From assembly GCA_963666055.2 (NCBI GenBank), contig CAXWPH010000006.1, positions 373,827 to 437,826 on the forward strand: DNA of 64,000 nt, read 5' to 3'. Source of the stretch: Acidobacteriota bacterium (GTDB lineage Bacteria > Acidobacteriota > UBA890 > WLXD01). The position numbers and the translations under genes were made by a program. This document shows, piece by piece, positions 1 to 11,591 of the stretch (its first letter is position 1; the number at the start of each line of letters is the position of its first letter). The notes beneath the pieces are model-generated. The model was not told the origin of the DNA. It searched no databases and saw only the letters and a program-made list of their open reading frames with translations.

Positions 1-2
1 AA

Positions 3-1706
3 GTTGCCGACGAGACACTGCCCGTCGTCCTCATCCGCACTCCCTACAACAAGAACGAGTTTCGCGACGACAAAGACAGCGACGCCTACATGTTCGCGTC
101 ACGAGGCTTCGTTGTGGCCGTGCAGGACAGCCGCGGGAAGTTCGAATCCGAGGGGATCTACTCGCCGCCGGCGGGCAGCGAGGCCGAGGACGGCTACGAC
201 GCCGTCGACTGGATTGCCAAACAACCTTGGTCCAATGGTAAGGTCGGGATGCACGGTTGCTCATATCCGGCCGAGGTGCAGGCCGCCACGGCGCCGCTGA
301 AGCACCCGAACCTGACCACGATGATCCCCCGAAACGGGCCGTTCATCGGTGCCGCGAACGGCCGGTATCGGTACTGGTCGGGCTTCAAGGGCGGGGTTCT
401 CGACTTCGCAGCCACCCTGCCGTGGTACTTCAGCAGCGGCAACAAGTATTCCTTCAAGCCACCTCCGGGGCTCTCAGACGAGGAGATCGCCAAGATCCGC
501 GAGTTCTACCATCCGGAGGCAAGCGCGGCACCGGAGCCGGATTGGGAGGAGCTCGTCTGGACGTTGCCCCTCATCGACGTAATGAACAAGGCGGGGGCGC
601 CGCCGAATGATTTCCTCGACCTGGTGACGCGGGATTTTGACGACCCGTGGTGGCACGACACGATGGGCTACTACGACGGCACCGAGACCATCGCCGTCCC
701 GGCTCTACACGTGAGCTCCTGGTACGACATCAGCGTCGACGAGACGATCTACGAGTTCAACTACTTCCGCGAGCGAGCCGTTACGGAGATCGCCGCCGAC
801 AATCAGTTTCTGATCATTGCCCCAACGACCCATTGCAGCTATGACCGCGCCATAGAACACACCCTGGTCGGCGATCGGGATATCGGCGACGCGCGACTCG
901 ACTACTACTCGATCTATATCAAGTGGTTCGAGTACTGGCTCAAGGGAGAACAAACCGGCGTCACGGACATGCCGAAGGTCCAGTACTACACGATGGGCAG
1001 CAACGAGTGGCGCTCCGCCGACAGATGGCCGCTGAGCAAGACCGAATTCACCAAGTACTTCCTGCACAGCGGTGGCGATGCGAACAGTCGCTACGGCGAA
1101 GGGCAGCTTTCCACCATGGCTCCCGGCGACGAGCCCGCGGACATCTTCTTTTACGACCCCGCACATCCGGTGCCGTCCATGGGTGGTCCACGGGGTACCT
1201 CCTGGGGCACATCCTCCGGTGCGATTGATCAAGGTAGCATCGAGGTTCGCAACGACGTGCTGGTCTACACCACACCGCCGCTGGAAGAAGGCATCGAGCT
1301 GACCGGCCCGATCACCGCCGTGTTCTACGTGTCGTCTTCGGCGAAGGATACGGATTTCACCGCCAAGCTCGTGGACGTGTACCCCGATGGCACGGCCTAC
1401 AACATTCAAGGTGGAATTCTGCGCGCCCGGTATCGCGAAGGATTCACCAAGAAAGTATGGATGGAAGAGGGCGGCGTGTACCGGATTCAGGTCGACCTGG
1501 ATGCCACGAGCAACTACTTCGCACCGGGGCACAGGATTCGACTACAGGTGTCGAGCAGTGACTTCCCGGCCTACGAGCGCAATCTGAACACCGGCGGCAA
1601 CAACTACGATGAGACGGAATGGATCATCGCCGAGAATACGATCCATCATTCCCAGCAATACCCCTCTCATCTGGTCCTCCCGGTGATTCCGAGTCGGGAC
1701 GACTAG
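3..1706 (+). CDS. CocE/NonD family hydrolase (S15 X-Pro dipeptidyl-peptidase-like), 5'-truncated by window edge
   Basis: Frame is open from base 3 (LPVVLIRTPYNK); also VQDSRGKFESEG, nucleophile elbow GCSYPA and C-terminal PepX_C motifs (DTDFTAKLVDVYPDG, GHRIRLQVSSSDFP). Confidence 0.9.
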   Translation, partial: VADETLPVVLIRTPYNKNEFRDDKDSDAYMFASRGFVVAVQDSRGKFESEGIYSPPAGSEAEDGYDAVDWIAKQPWSNGKVGMHGCSYPAEVQAATAPLKHPNLTTMIPRNGPFIGAANGRYRYWSGFKGGVLDFAATLPWYFSSGNKYSFKPPPGLSDEEIAKIREFYHPEASAAPEPDWEELVWTLPLIDVMNKAGAPPNDFLDLVTRDFDDPWWHDTMGYYDGTETIAVPALHVSSWYDISVDETIYEFNYFRERAVTEIAADNQFLIIAPTTHCSYDRAIEHTLVGDRDIGDARLDYYSIYIKWFEYWLKGEQTGVTDMPKVQYYTMGSNEWRSADRWPLSKTEFTKYFLHSGGDANSRYGEGQLSTMAPGDEPADIFFYDPAHPVPSMGGPRGTSWGTSSGAIDQGSIEVRNDVLVYTTPPLEEGIELTGPITAVFYVSSSAKDTDFTAKLVDVYPDGTAYNIQGGILRARYREGFTKKVWMEEGGVYRIQVDLDATSNYFAPGHRIRLQVSSSDFPAYERNLNTGGNNYDETEWIIAENTIHHSQQYPSHLVLPVIPSRDD

Positions 1707-1725
1707 TGCCCTGTAGGCACCCGGC

Positions 1726-4521
1726 CTATTGGAACGTCTTGTCGTACCAGAAGTCCTGAAGGATGCGCGACGTCTGCGTGAGGACCGCTCCACCCGCCTG
1801 CAGCTGTACCCGGTATTGTCCGGGCTGAACGCGGTGTAGCACGTACTCTCTTCCCCGCATTCCCGGCCGCCCCTGCACTCTCGTCCTCAGCGAGAGTCCG
1901 GTTCGGCCGACCTCCTCGTCGGGGGCTCCGAAGAACTCGTTGGTGTCGTAATAGTCGTAGAAAGGCTCCGGCTCACCGGTTCTCATCTGCTCATCCCAGC
2001 GGGCTACCGCTTCCGGCGATTTCTTGGCGCCCCGCCGAGTCATTCCCCACATGACGCTGTTGAGTCCCGCGTTCCCCGGACCCTCGAGCTCATTGATCAG
2101 AATCACCCCGTCGTAGACCGACAGGGTCACGCCCTCCGGAATCCCGTTCTTGAGGTAGTAGTTGAGCATCACGCCGTGCGGCTCGTTCTCGCCTTCGAAG
2201 TTCTGATCGGCGACCGCAGTCTGCCGTGGCATGACCCACTGAACCTTCGTCTCGATCTGGAACAAATGGGCGTCGCTGTCGATGACCTCTTGGGTCAGCT
2301 CCTGAAGCGGCGAGATGTCGGCGATATAGAAGCCGCGCCCGAAGGTGCCAACCACGAGATCGTTCTCGCGCGGATGAATGACCAGATCGTGCACCGGAAC
2401 GGTCGGAAGGTTGTTCTTCAGCTCACTCCAGTGGCGCCCGCCATCGAGCGTCACGTGTACGGTTCGGTCGGTTCCCACGAAGAGCAGATTCGGGTTCTTG
2501 TGATCTTCGCGGATCACGTTGATGCTCTCGTCGGGCAAGTTGCTGGCTATTGATGTCCAGGTGTCGCCGTAATCGGTCGTCTTGTAGACGAACGGTGCGG
2601 AGTCGACCATGTGGCGGCCCGTGAACGTCACGTAGGCGGTGCCCGCAGCGTGGTGCGACGCGATGATTCTCGACACCCAGTATTCGGGGTTGTCGGGAAT
2701 ATTGTCGTTGAGGAGCGTCCAGCTCTCGCCGCTGTCACGGCTCACCTGCACGTTGCCGTCATCGGATCCGGCCCACAGCACACCCTGTTCGACCGGTGAT
2801 TCGTCGATGGTTGTCAACGTGCCGTATTGACTGACCTCACGGCCGCCGAACTTCGACTCGTCGTGCTTGGTGAGGTCGGGGCTGACTTCCTCCCAGCGCT
2901 CGCCGCGGAACGGAGACTTCAGAAGAATGTTGGCCCCGTGGTAGATCACGTCCGGGTTGTGCGGTGAGATCAGCAGCGGGGCATTCCAGTTGAAGCGGAG
3001 GTCGCGGTTACCGCGGTAACGGATCCTACGTCGCACGCCAGTCTTCTGGTCGTTGCGCGAGAGGCCACCGAACTGTGATTCCGAATAGAGCCAACGGCCG
3101 TTCGTCGGGTCGACCAAGTTGTAGAAACCATCGCCGCCCTGCACGTGTTCCCAATCCTCGAAGCGGATGGGGAACCTGCCCTTCTTGGCGCTCGGGCCCT
3201 TCCAGGAGCCGAAATCCTGCAGGCCGGCATAGACGTTGTAGGGATACTCCATGTCCACGCCGATGGCGTAGATCTGCGCCATCGATACGTTATCGATATG
3301 GAGCCAGTTCGCCCCCGAGTCGAAGCTCATCGCGAAGCCGTAGTCGTATCCCAACAACATATGCTCGCTGTTTTCCGCATCGATCCAGAGAACGTGATTG
3401 TCGCCGCCGTACTCGAAGGCACGCGACCAGCTTCGACCGCCGTCGGTCGATCTGTGGACCATCGACGCCATCACGTAGACGGTGTTCTCGTCGATGGGGT
3501 CGACGACAATCTGGCCGTAGTAGTTGTTGCGCTCACCGACGGCGGCTTCGGTGGTCTGGCGCCACGAATCCCCGCCGTCGTCGGTTCGGTAGACGACGTT
3601 CCCCACCGGTTCAACAGACGCCGGCTGGCCAGCCTGGACCTCACGCCAACGATCTTCGTAGGAGACTTCGGCGGAATTGTCGTTCTCGATGACCGCGTAG
3701 AGAATCTCCGGATTCCGCCGGTACATCGTCAGACCGATCTTGCCGAGCAATCCGCCGGGAAGACCATTCGATAGCTTCGTCCATGTGGAACCGCCATCAG
3801 TTGTCTTGTGAATGCCGCTGCCGGGGCCGGAGCCCGAAAACCCCCAGGGCCTGCGAATCCGCTGGTAGGTCGCCGCATAGAGAACGTCGGGGTTGCGCGG
3901 GTCCATGACGACGTCGGTAGCGCCGATCGCAATACCGTCGACGACGACTCCAAGAGACTGGGCCCATTTCTGGCCGCCGTTCGTGCTCTTGTACACGCCG
4001 CGCTGTGGACTATCCGCGTAGTACTGGCCCTGCGCCGCGACATAGACAACGTCGGGATTGGTGGGATGAACGACCAGTCTTCCGATCTGTCCCGACTCCT
4101 GCAGGCCGACGTTCAGCCATGTCGTACCACCGTCGCCCGAACGATAGACGCCGTCGCCGTAGTAGGTGCTGTTTCTGAGGTTCCCCTCCCCGGTACCGAC
4201 GTAGACGATGTTGTCGTCGGACGGGGCAACGACAACGTCGCCGATCGACGATGTTTGCTCATCGTCGAATATCGAATCGAACGTGGTCCCGTTGTTGACC
4301 GTCTTCCACAATCCTCCAGGGCCGGCGCCAACGTAGAACACGTACGGATTCTGCTGCGATACAGCGAATGCAACCACTCTGCCACCCGGACGCGTCGGGC
4401 CGATTTCTCGGTAGTGCACCCAGTCGAGAACATTGCCTGAGCCTGACTGCCCCCGAGCGCCTGAAGCGACCATGGTGGCCAGCAGCACAAAACTCAGAGC
4501 GATCCGCTTGGACGACTTCAT
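1726..4521 (-). CDS. Secreted VPS10/sortilin-like BNR (Asp-box) repeat beta-propeller protein
   Basis: Signal peptide MKSSKRIALSFVLLA; many S/T-x-D-G-G-x-T/S-W Asp-boxes; YREIGPTRPGGRV N-terminal motif. Confidence 0.85.
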   Translation of the reverse strand: MKSSKRIALSFVLLATMVASGARGQSGSGNVLDWVHYREIGPTRPGGRVVAFAVSQQNPYVFYVGAGPGGLWKTVNNGTTFDSIFDDEQTSSIGDVVVAPSDDNIVYVGTGEGNLRNSTYYGDGVYRSGDGGTTWLNVGLQESGQIGRLVVHPTNPDVVYVAAQGQYYADSPQRGVYKSTNGGQKWAQSLGVVVDGIAIGATDVVMDPRNPDVLYAATYQRIRRPWGFSGSGPGSGIHKTTDGGSTWTKLSNGLPGGLLGKIGLTMYRRNPEILYAVIENDNSAEVSYEDRWREVQAGQPASVEPVGNVVYRTDDGGDSWRQTTEAAVGERNNYYGQIVVDPIDENTVYVMASMVHRSTDGGRSWSRAFEYGGDNHVLWIDAENSEHMLLGYDYGFAMSFDSGANWLHIDNVSMAQIYAIGVDMEYPYNVYAGLQDFGSWKGPSAKKGRFPIRFEDWEHVQGGDGFYNLVDPTNGRWLYSESQFGGLSRNDQKTGVRRRIRYRGNRDLRFNWNAPLLISPHNPDVIYHGANILLKSPFRGERWEEVSPDLTKHDESKFGGREVSQYGTLTTIDESPVEQGVLWAGSDDGNVQVSRDSGESWTLLNDNIPDNPEYWVSRIIASHHAAGTAYVTFTGRHMVDSAPFVYKTTDYGDTWTSIASNLPDESINVIREDHKNPNLLFVGTDRTVHVTLDGGRHWSELKNNLPTVPVHDLVIHPRENDLVVGTFGRGFYIADISPLQELTQEVIDSDAHLFQIETKVQWVMPRQTAVADQNFEGENEPHGVMLNYYLKNGIPEGVTLSVYDGVILINELEGPGNAGLNSVMWGMTRRGAKKSPEAVARWDEQMRTGEPEPFYDYYDTNEFFGAPDEEVGRTGLSLRTRVQGRPGMRGREYVLHRVQPGQYRVQLQAGGAVLTQTSRILQDFWYDKTFQ

Positions 4522-4603
4522 CACTGCCTCTCCTGAAACCCCGGCGCCCAACGAGCCCGAACACACTTCTCAGCATTTTCTGTATGGCTCGGCGAAGAGG
4601 AAA

Positions 4604-5335
4604 TCAGCTGTTTGATCGGCTCGCTGTTTGTCGGCGCAGTCTGCCAGCCGGCGCTTCGGGTTGCCAATCCGGTCCACGTCCTTGAGGAGCGCCTTCACCG
4701 CCTGCCCACTGCCTGCGAGTCGATCGCCGGCAGCCGCGCACCTCGAAGATGGCCTCCAGCTCAACCGGCATGTTCGCCGGCAACGACGCCATGCCGACGG
4801 CGCTACGCCCGCCCTTTCCTCTCTCCTCGCCGAACACTTCGACGAGCAGCTCGCTGAAGCCGTTGATTACCTGCGGCTGCTGACCGAAGTCAGGCGTGCA
4901 ATTCACCATGCCGAGCACTTTCACCAGCCTCACTACCTCATCGAGGCTGCCCAAGGTGTCGCGCACGGTGCTCAGCAGGTTGAGCCCGGCGACTCGCGCC
5001 GCCGCATATCCCTGTTCCACCGTCATGTCGGCGCCGATCTTTCCCGGCATAGGCGATCCATCGGGATAGCGTGGCGTATGACCTGCGGTGAACAAGATGT
5101 TGCCGGTGCGCACCGCCGGCACGTAGACCGCGACCGGACGTGGCGGCGGTGGCAACTCGATGCCGAGCTCCCGCAATCTCTGCTCGGGGGTCACACCCTG
5201 CGACAACCCGACCGCAGACGCCTCCGATGCCTCGGCGACGGCAGCCTCGCCCGATGTCAGCGCAAGAAGCGCGCCGCCAGCGGTGGCCAGACACTGGCTG
5301 CGCAGGAACCTTCGACGAGTTTCTCGTATCGACAT
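4604..5335 (-). CDS. RidA/YjgF family protein with twin-arginine-like signal peptide
   Basis: PEQRLRELGIELP...YVPAVRTGN...VINGFSELLVEVFG...RSAVGMASLP...VELEAIFEV; N-terminus ETRRRFLRS followed by a hydrophobic stretch; C-terminal tail after EVRG looks non-homologous. Confidence 0.85.
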   Translation of the reverse strand: MSIRETRRRFLRSQCLATAGGALLALTSGEAAVAEASEASAVGLSQGVTPEQRLRELGIELPPPPRPVAVYVPAVRTGNILFTAGHTPRYPDGSPMPGKIGADMTVEQGYAAARVAGLNLLSTVRDTLGSLDEVVRLVKVLGMVNCTPDFGQQPQVINGFSELLVEVFGEERGKGGRSAVGMASLPANMPVELEAIFEVRGCRRSTRRQWAGGEGAPQGRGPDWQPEAPAGRLRRQTASRSNS

Positions 5336-5475
5336 ACGTAAGTGCCTCCCTCTTGGCCCCGCTTGGGGGCAGTGATGTCGTCCGTTTTGCCCGGGTGGGC
5401 TGAGCCGGCCGCGTGATTGTGCCCAAATCCGCGCCTGCGCGGAACTGGGCACGGCGATTCCTGCTCACGCACGGA

Positions 5476-5495
5476 CCCCCCCCCCCCCCCCCCCC
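5476..5495. repeat. C20 homopolymer tract in divergent intergenic region
   Basis: 20 consecutive C between cgga and ggacg. Confidence 0.9.
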
Positions 5496-5627
5496 GGACG
5501 GCGCCACAGCGGTTTCCCAGCAATCATCGCGCTTGCACCACAGTCTGGTAGCGGCAGCCCGGGTGCATCGGCTACGGTCGATCGGCGCTGCCAGCGCAGC
5601 GGCACCTACCAGATCTGGAGGCTCAAG

Positions 5628-6745
5628 ATGAAAGTTGCTCGACTCCTGGCGATCGCTTGCTCGCTGCCATTGCTCGGCGCCGCCCTCCTGACCCCGCAGG
5701 AACCGGTCCGCTGGGACGTCGGCGGCGAAATACTCGACGAGGCGTTCAACAATTCCCAGGTCATGGAGAACGCTGGCTGGCTGACCGATGTGTTCGGGCC
5801 GCGCAACTCCAAGTCGAGCGGCTACCGGGCGGCGGCCGAGTGGTCACGGCAACGGCTCGAGGACTACGGGCTCTCCAACGCCCGGCTGGAGCCGTTCGAG
5901 TTCGGCCGTGGCTGGGAAAACAAGTACTCCTCGTTCCACATGGTCGAGCCGCAGTACATGCCGATCATCGGCTATCCGGCAGCCTGGTCGGCGGGCACCA
6001 ACGGCAAGGTCCGACTGCAAGCCATCCACGTGAACCTCGACGAGATCGAGTCGGCGGCCGACCTGGAGCCGTACCGACAAGAGATCGCGGGGAAGGTAGT
6101 TCTGATTGAGCCCTTGCGCGACCTCAGCGACCAGTATGGGCCGTCGATCACTCCCTACAGCGAAGCAGAGCTCGACGACATGGCCAGGATCCCGATCGGT
6201 CCGGCCGAATCGCGCCAACGTCGTCGACGCGGCGACGGGCTATCGCTGGAGCAACGTATCGACCTGGTCTTCGAGGCGGGCGCTACGGCAGTGGCGCGCA
6301 CCGACGGAAGCCACGCCTACGGCACGGTCGACGGCGCGGTGAATGGCTACGCAATGGTGCGGCGCATGTGGGAGATGACTACGACAAGCTGTCGGCATAC
6401 TTCAACGTCGACAACGGCGCTGCCCGAATCAAGGGCGTCTCAGTGCTGGGAAGCGAGGCTATCCGGGGGATCTTCACCGAGTGGATCAAGCCGCTGCACA
6501 ACCTCGGGATGAGACATCTGTTCCCCACCGGAATGGCACACGAGGCGTATCAAGAAGTCGGACTGCCGGGCTTCTATTTCCGCCAGGATCGCCGCGACGA
6601 CCGCCGCTACCACTCCAACATGGACGTCTACGATCGCCTCATCCCCGAAGACCTCATGGCCAATTCGGTGATCCTGGCAACGTTCGTGTATCACGCCGCC
6701 ATGCGCGACGAGATGCTGCCGCGGGTCGCTCCGAGACCCTGGTAG
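5628..6745 (+). pseudogene. M28 family (carboxypeptidase Q-like) peptidase with internal deletion and frameshift
   Basis: N-terminal half WLTDVFGPR...LEPFEFGRGW (5628..~6370) joins out of frame to C-terminal LSAYFNVDNG...YHSNMDVYDR (6368..6745). The central Zn-binding segment (HxDSW, DN, EE) is absent. Confidence 0.75.
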
Positions 6746-6859
6746 AGCTGCGCGCGCGGCCATCCAGATGCCCGAGCGACTTGCGTGCCCGCGACGAAAT
6801 GTCTACATTGCATATAAGTCTGCAAACTAGATATTTCGTTCCGGACGCAGGGGCAACAC

Positions 6860-7198
6860 ATGGGTAGGTCAGGTTTCGCCGGCGAGTTCGAACAGATGGT
6901 CCTGCTGGCGATTCTCCAGGCCGGGGACGAGGCACATGCCCCGGCGATCGCGGCGGAGCTGGAGGGCAAGGCCGGGCGCCGGGTCTCGCGCGGCGCGCTC
7001 TACGCCACCCTCGAGCGGCTCGAGGCCAAGGGTTGGATCCGCTGGCAGATCGGCGCACCAGGGGAAGATCGCGGCGGCTACCGTAAGCGGGTGTTCGATC
7101 TCACCGACGAGGGGATCGCGACGCTACGCGTGGCGCGACGCGCCATGCAGGCGATGGCCCGCGGTCTCGAGGACGTCCTGACCGAGTCCACCTCATGA
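6860..7198 (+). CDS. PadR family transcriptional regulator (acidobacterial type)
   Basis: GEFEQMVLLAIL...SRGALYATLERLEAKGWI...RKRVFDLTDEG; ATGA overlap with the permease. Confidence 0.92.
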   Translation: MGRSGFAGEFEQMVLLAILQAGDEAHAPAIAAELEGKAGRRVSRGALYATLERLEAKGWIRWQIGAPGEDRGGYRKRVFDLTDEGIATLRVARRAMQAMARGLEDVLTESTS

Positions 7199-9846
7199 GC
7201 GGTGCTTTCAAGCCGCCGTTGGTGGCACGCTGCCTGTTGCGCCTACGGGTGGGCAACGAGCTGACCGGCGAAGCGATCCGCGGCGATCTGTGGCAGGAGT
7301 ATGCGGAGCGCCGCCGTCGCGAGGGCGCCCTCGCTGCCGCTGCCTGGTACTGGCGCGAGGTCGCCAGCATCGCCAGCCAGCGTCGCGGCGCCGGGGGTCG
7401 GTTGCGCGCCTGGGCGGCCGGGTGGCACGCCGATGCGCGCTACGCGTTCCGCAACCTGCGCCGAGCGCCAGGATTCACCCTGCTGGCGATCGGCCTTCTC
7501 GCCCTCGGGCTCGGTGCCACGACAAGCATCTTCACGGCCGTCAACGCCATGTTCCTGCGGCCACCGCCGCTCGTCGAAGACCCCGGACGGCTGCTCAACG
7601 TCTACACCTCCGATCACCGTGGGCGTACCTACGGTGTGTCCTCCTACCCGGACTACCTCGCCATTCGGGACGGCGTCGACGACTTTGCCGGGGCCACTGC
7701 GTTCATGCTCGGCTTGGAGACGAAGATCGGAACCGCCGGGTGGACCCGCGCGGTGTTCAGCAGCGCCACCTCGGCCGACTATCTGGAGCTGCTCGGAGCC
7801 ACGACCAAACAGGGCCGCTGGTTCGCCCCGGACGAGGTCGGGCCCGATGCGCCAGGCGACGTGATCGTGCTCGGCTTCAACACCTGGCAGCAAGAGTTCG
7901 GCGGCGACGAAGGGATCGTGGGGAGCGAGGTCCGGGTGGATGGGCGGCCGGCTACCATCATCGGCATCGCGCCCGCTGGGCTGCTGGCGCCGGGGTTCCC
8001 GGTGTCCCCGGGTGCCTATGTGCCGCTCGCTGGCCCCGATATGGGACACCGCGGCAGCCGCTCTCTCCTGGTCCTCGGAAGACTGACCGACGGTGCGACG
8101 CTCGCCAGCGCCCAAGCGCAGCTCGACGCCCTGGCGCTCGAAGTTCATGAGCTCGATCCCGGCTATTCCTCCGACCGCAACGGTGATCCGCGTAGGTTCA
8201 GCGCCCTTTCGGAGTTCGACGCAAGGCTCGACCCCGAGTCACGGACGGGCGCGGCGAGCTTCATGGGCCTCTTGCTGATCGTCGCCGGGCTCGTGCTAGC
8301 CATCGCTTGCTCCAACCTGGCGAACCTGCAGCTGGTTCGTGCCAGTGTCCGCGGCGGCGAGATCGCCGTCCGTCGGGCGCTTGGCGCCGGCCGGCGGCGT
8401 TTGCTGCAAATGCTGCTCGCCGAGAGCTTGCTGTTGGCCCTGGGCGGCGGCCTGGTCGGGCTTCTTCTCACCGTTGCCACGGCCAGGATCGTGCCGAGCC
8501 TGGGGATCATCCCGGGAGGGGTGGTCATCGACCTGGCGGTCGACCTCAGAGTATTGGCCTTCGCGCTGGCCGCAAGCCTGGTTACGGGCCTGTTGTTCGG
8601 CCTGCTTCCGGCGCTACGCGCCGCCCGGCCCGACCTCACGACCGGGTTGCGCGGCGCGGCCGGTCAGATTGCCTCGGGGCGCAACCGGCTGCGCTCCGGG
8701 CTGGTGCTCGTGCAGGTTACCGGCTCGGTCATTCTCCTGGCCATGGCAGGGCTGTTCCTGCGCAGTCTCGAGAGCGCCGTAGGTATCGATCCGGGCTTCG
8801 ACCCCCGGGATGTAGCGCTGCTGCGGCTCGACGCGTCCGAGCTCGACATGAGCCGCGAGGAGGGACTCGCGCTGTTCGATCGGGTAGCCGACCGGCTACG
8901 CTCAGCAAGCGCCGTTGAGGACGTCGTCTATGCGTCGCGTGTGCCGCTCAGTGGTAGTTGGGAGCGCCGATCGATCGAGATCGACGGATACCAGTCGCCG
9001 GACGGGGACAACCCCGCAGTCGCTGTCCACGCGGTGACGCCCGGCTACTTCCGCCTGATGCGCCTGCAGCTGATGCGTGGCCGCGGGCTCCGCCACGAGG
9101 ATGTCGACGGGGCTCCTGACGTGGCCGTCGTCAATCAGGCGTTCGCCGACCGCTACTGGCCGGGACGCGAGGCGCTCGGCGGGCGCCTGAGCATCGAAGA
9201 TCGGCAGATCGAGGTAGTAGGGCTCGCCGCCACGACGCTGGCGCGCCAGGTGGTCGAGGACCCGACACCACAGGTCTGGGTAACGCTAGCCCAGATCTAC
9301 CGCCCCGCCATGATCTTGCACGCCCGGGCCCGCACGCCCGCCGATGCGACGGTACTGGCGCTGGTCCGATCCGCCGTTCAAGAGGTGCGGCCGGACCTTC
9401 CGATTCTCGAACCGATCTGGATGACCGACCTGACGCGCAACGTCACGCTGCCGCAGCGGGTCGCGTCCACCGTCCTGGCCATCGCCGGAGCCATGGCCCT
9501 GCTGCTGGCTACCGTCGGCCTCTATGGCGTCATCGCCTTCACGGTCCGCCGGCGCACTCGCGAGCTCGGCATCCGCATGGCGCTCGGCGCCGGGCGGGCC
9601 ACGCTGGTGCGCACCGTGCTGGCTGACACCGCAGCCATGACCGGCCTCGGCTTGACCATTGGCCTGGCCATCGTCGTTGCGCTCGGCCAGGTCATGGGCT
9701 CCTTCTTGCTCAACACTGACCCGCTCGACCCTCTGGCGCTGGGCGGCGCCGCCGTCGGGCTGGGGCTAGCAGCCATGCTGGCCGTGATCGGGCCCGTCCG
9801 GCGTGCCACTCGAATCGACCCGGTACGCGCGCTTCGCGCCGAGTGA
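7195..9846 (+). CDS. ADOP-type duplicated ABC transporter permease (MacB/FtsX domains)
   Basis: DARYAFRNLRRAPGF, IACSNLANL, EIAVRRALGAGR, RTRELGIRMALGA, terminal IDPVRALRAE; no ATPase gene adjacent. Confidence 0.92.
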   Translation: MSGAFKPPLVARCLLRLRVGNELTGEAIRGDLWQEYAERRRREGALAAAAWYWREVASIASQRRGAGGRLRAWAAGWHADARYAFRNLRRAPGFTLLAIGLLALGLGATTSIFTAVNAMFLRPPPLVEDPGRLLNVYTSDHRGRTYGVSSYPDYLAIRDGVDDFAGATAFMLGLETKIGTAGWTRAVFSSATSADYLELLGATTKQGRWFAPDEVGPDAPGDVIVLGFNTWQQEFGGDEGIVGSEVRVDGRPATIIGIAPAGLLAPGFPVSPGAYVPLAGPDMGHRGSRSLLVLGRLTDGATLASAQAQLDALALEVHELDPGYSSDRNGDPRRFSALSEFDARLDPESRTGAASFMGLLLIVAGLVLAIACSNLANLQLVRASVRGGEIAVRRALGAGRRRLLQMLLAESLLLALGGGLVGLLLTVATARIVPSLGIIPGGVVIDLAVDLRVLAFALAASLVTGLLFGLLPALRAARPDLTTGLRGAAGQIASGRNRLRSGLVLVQVTGSVILLAMAGLFLRSLESAVGIDPGFDPRDVALLRLDASELDMSREEGLALFDRVADRLRSASAVEDVVYASRVPLSGSWERRSIEIDGYQSPDGDNPAVAVHAVTPGYFRLMRLQLMRGRGLRHEDVDGAPDVAVVNQAFADRYWPGREALGGRLSIEDRQIEVVGLAATTLARQVVEDPTPQVWVTLAQIYRPAMILHARARTPADATVLALVRSAVQEVRPDLPILEPIWMTDLTRNVTLPQRVASTVLAIAGAMALLLATVGLYGVIAFTVRRRTRELGIRMALGAGRATLVRTVLADTAAMTGLGLTIGLAIVVALGQVMGSFLLNTDPLDPLALGGAAVGLGLAAMLAVIGPVRRATRIDPVRALRAE

Positions 9847-9956
9847 GCTGCGCGCACCAGAGCAGCCGGCCGGTGCCGACGCGATCGGTGCCGTCGGCTG
9901 GGACGTCTGGCGTCACTTACAGACCCAGGAAAGCGTCTCGCTGTTGCTCGATCGCC

Positions 9957-11587
<1,631 letters not shown>

Positions 11588-11591
<4 letters not shown>

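Noticed and set aside
6795-6840. PadR operator upstream of padR-ADOP
   Set aside because: The region is AT-rich and plausible, but the palindrome is too imperfect to call.
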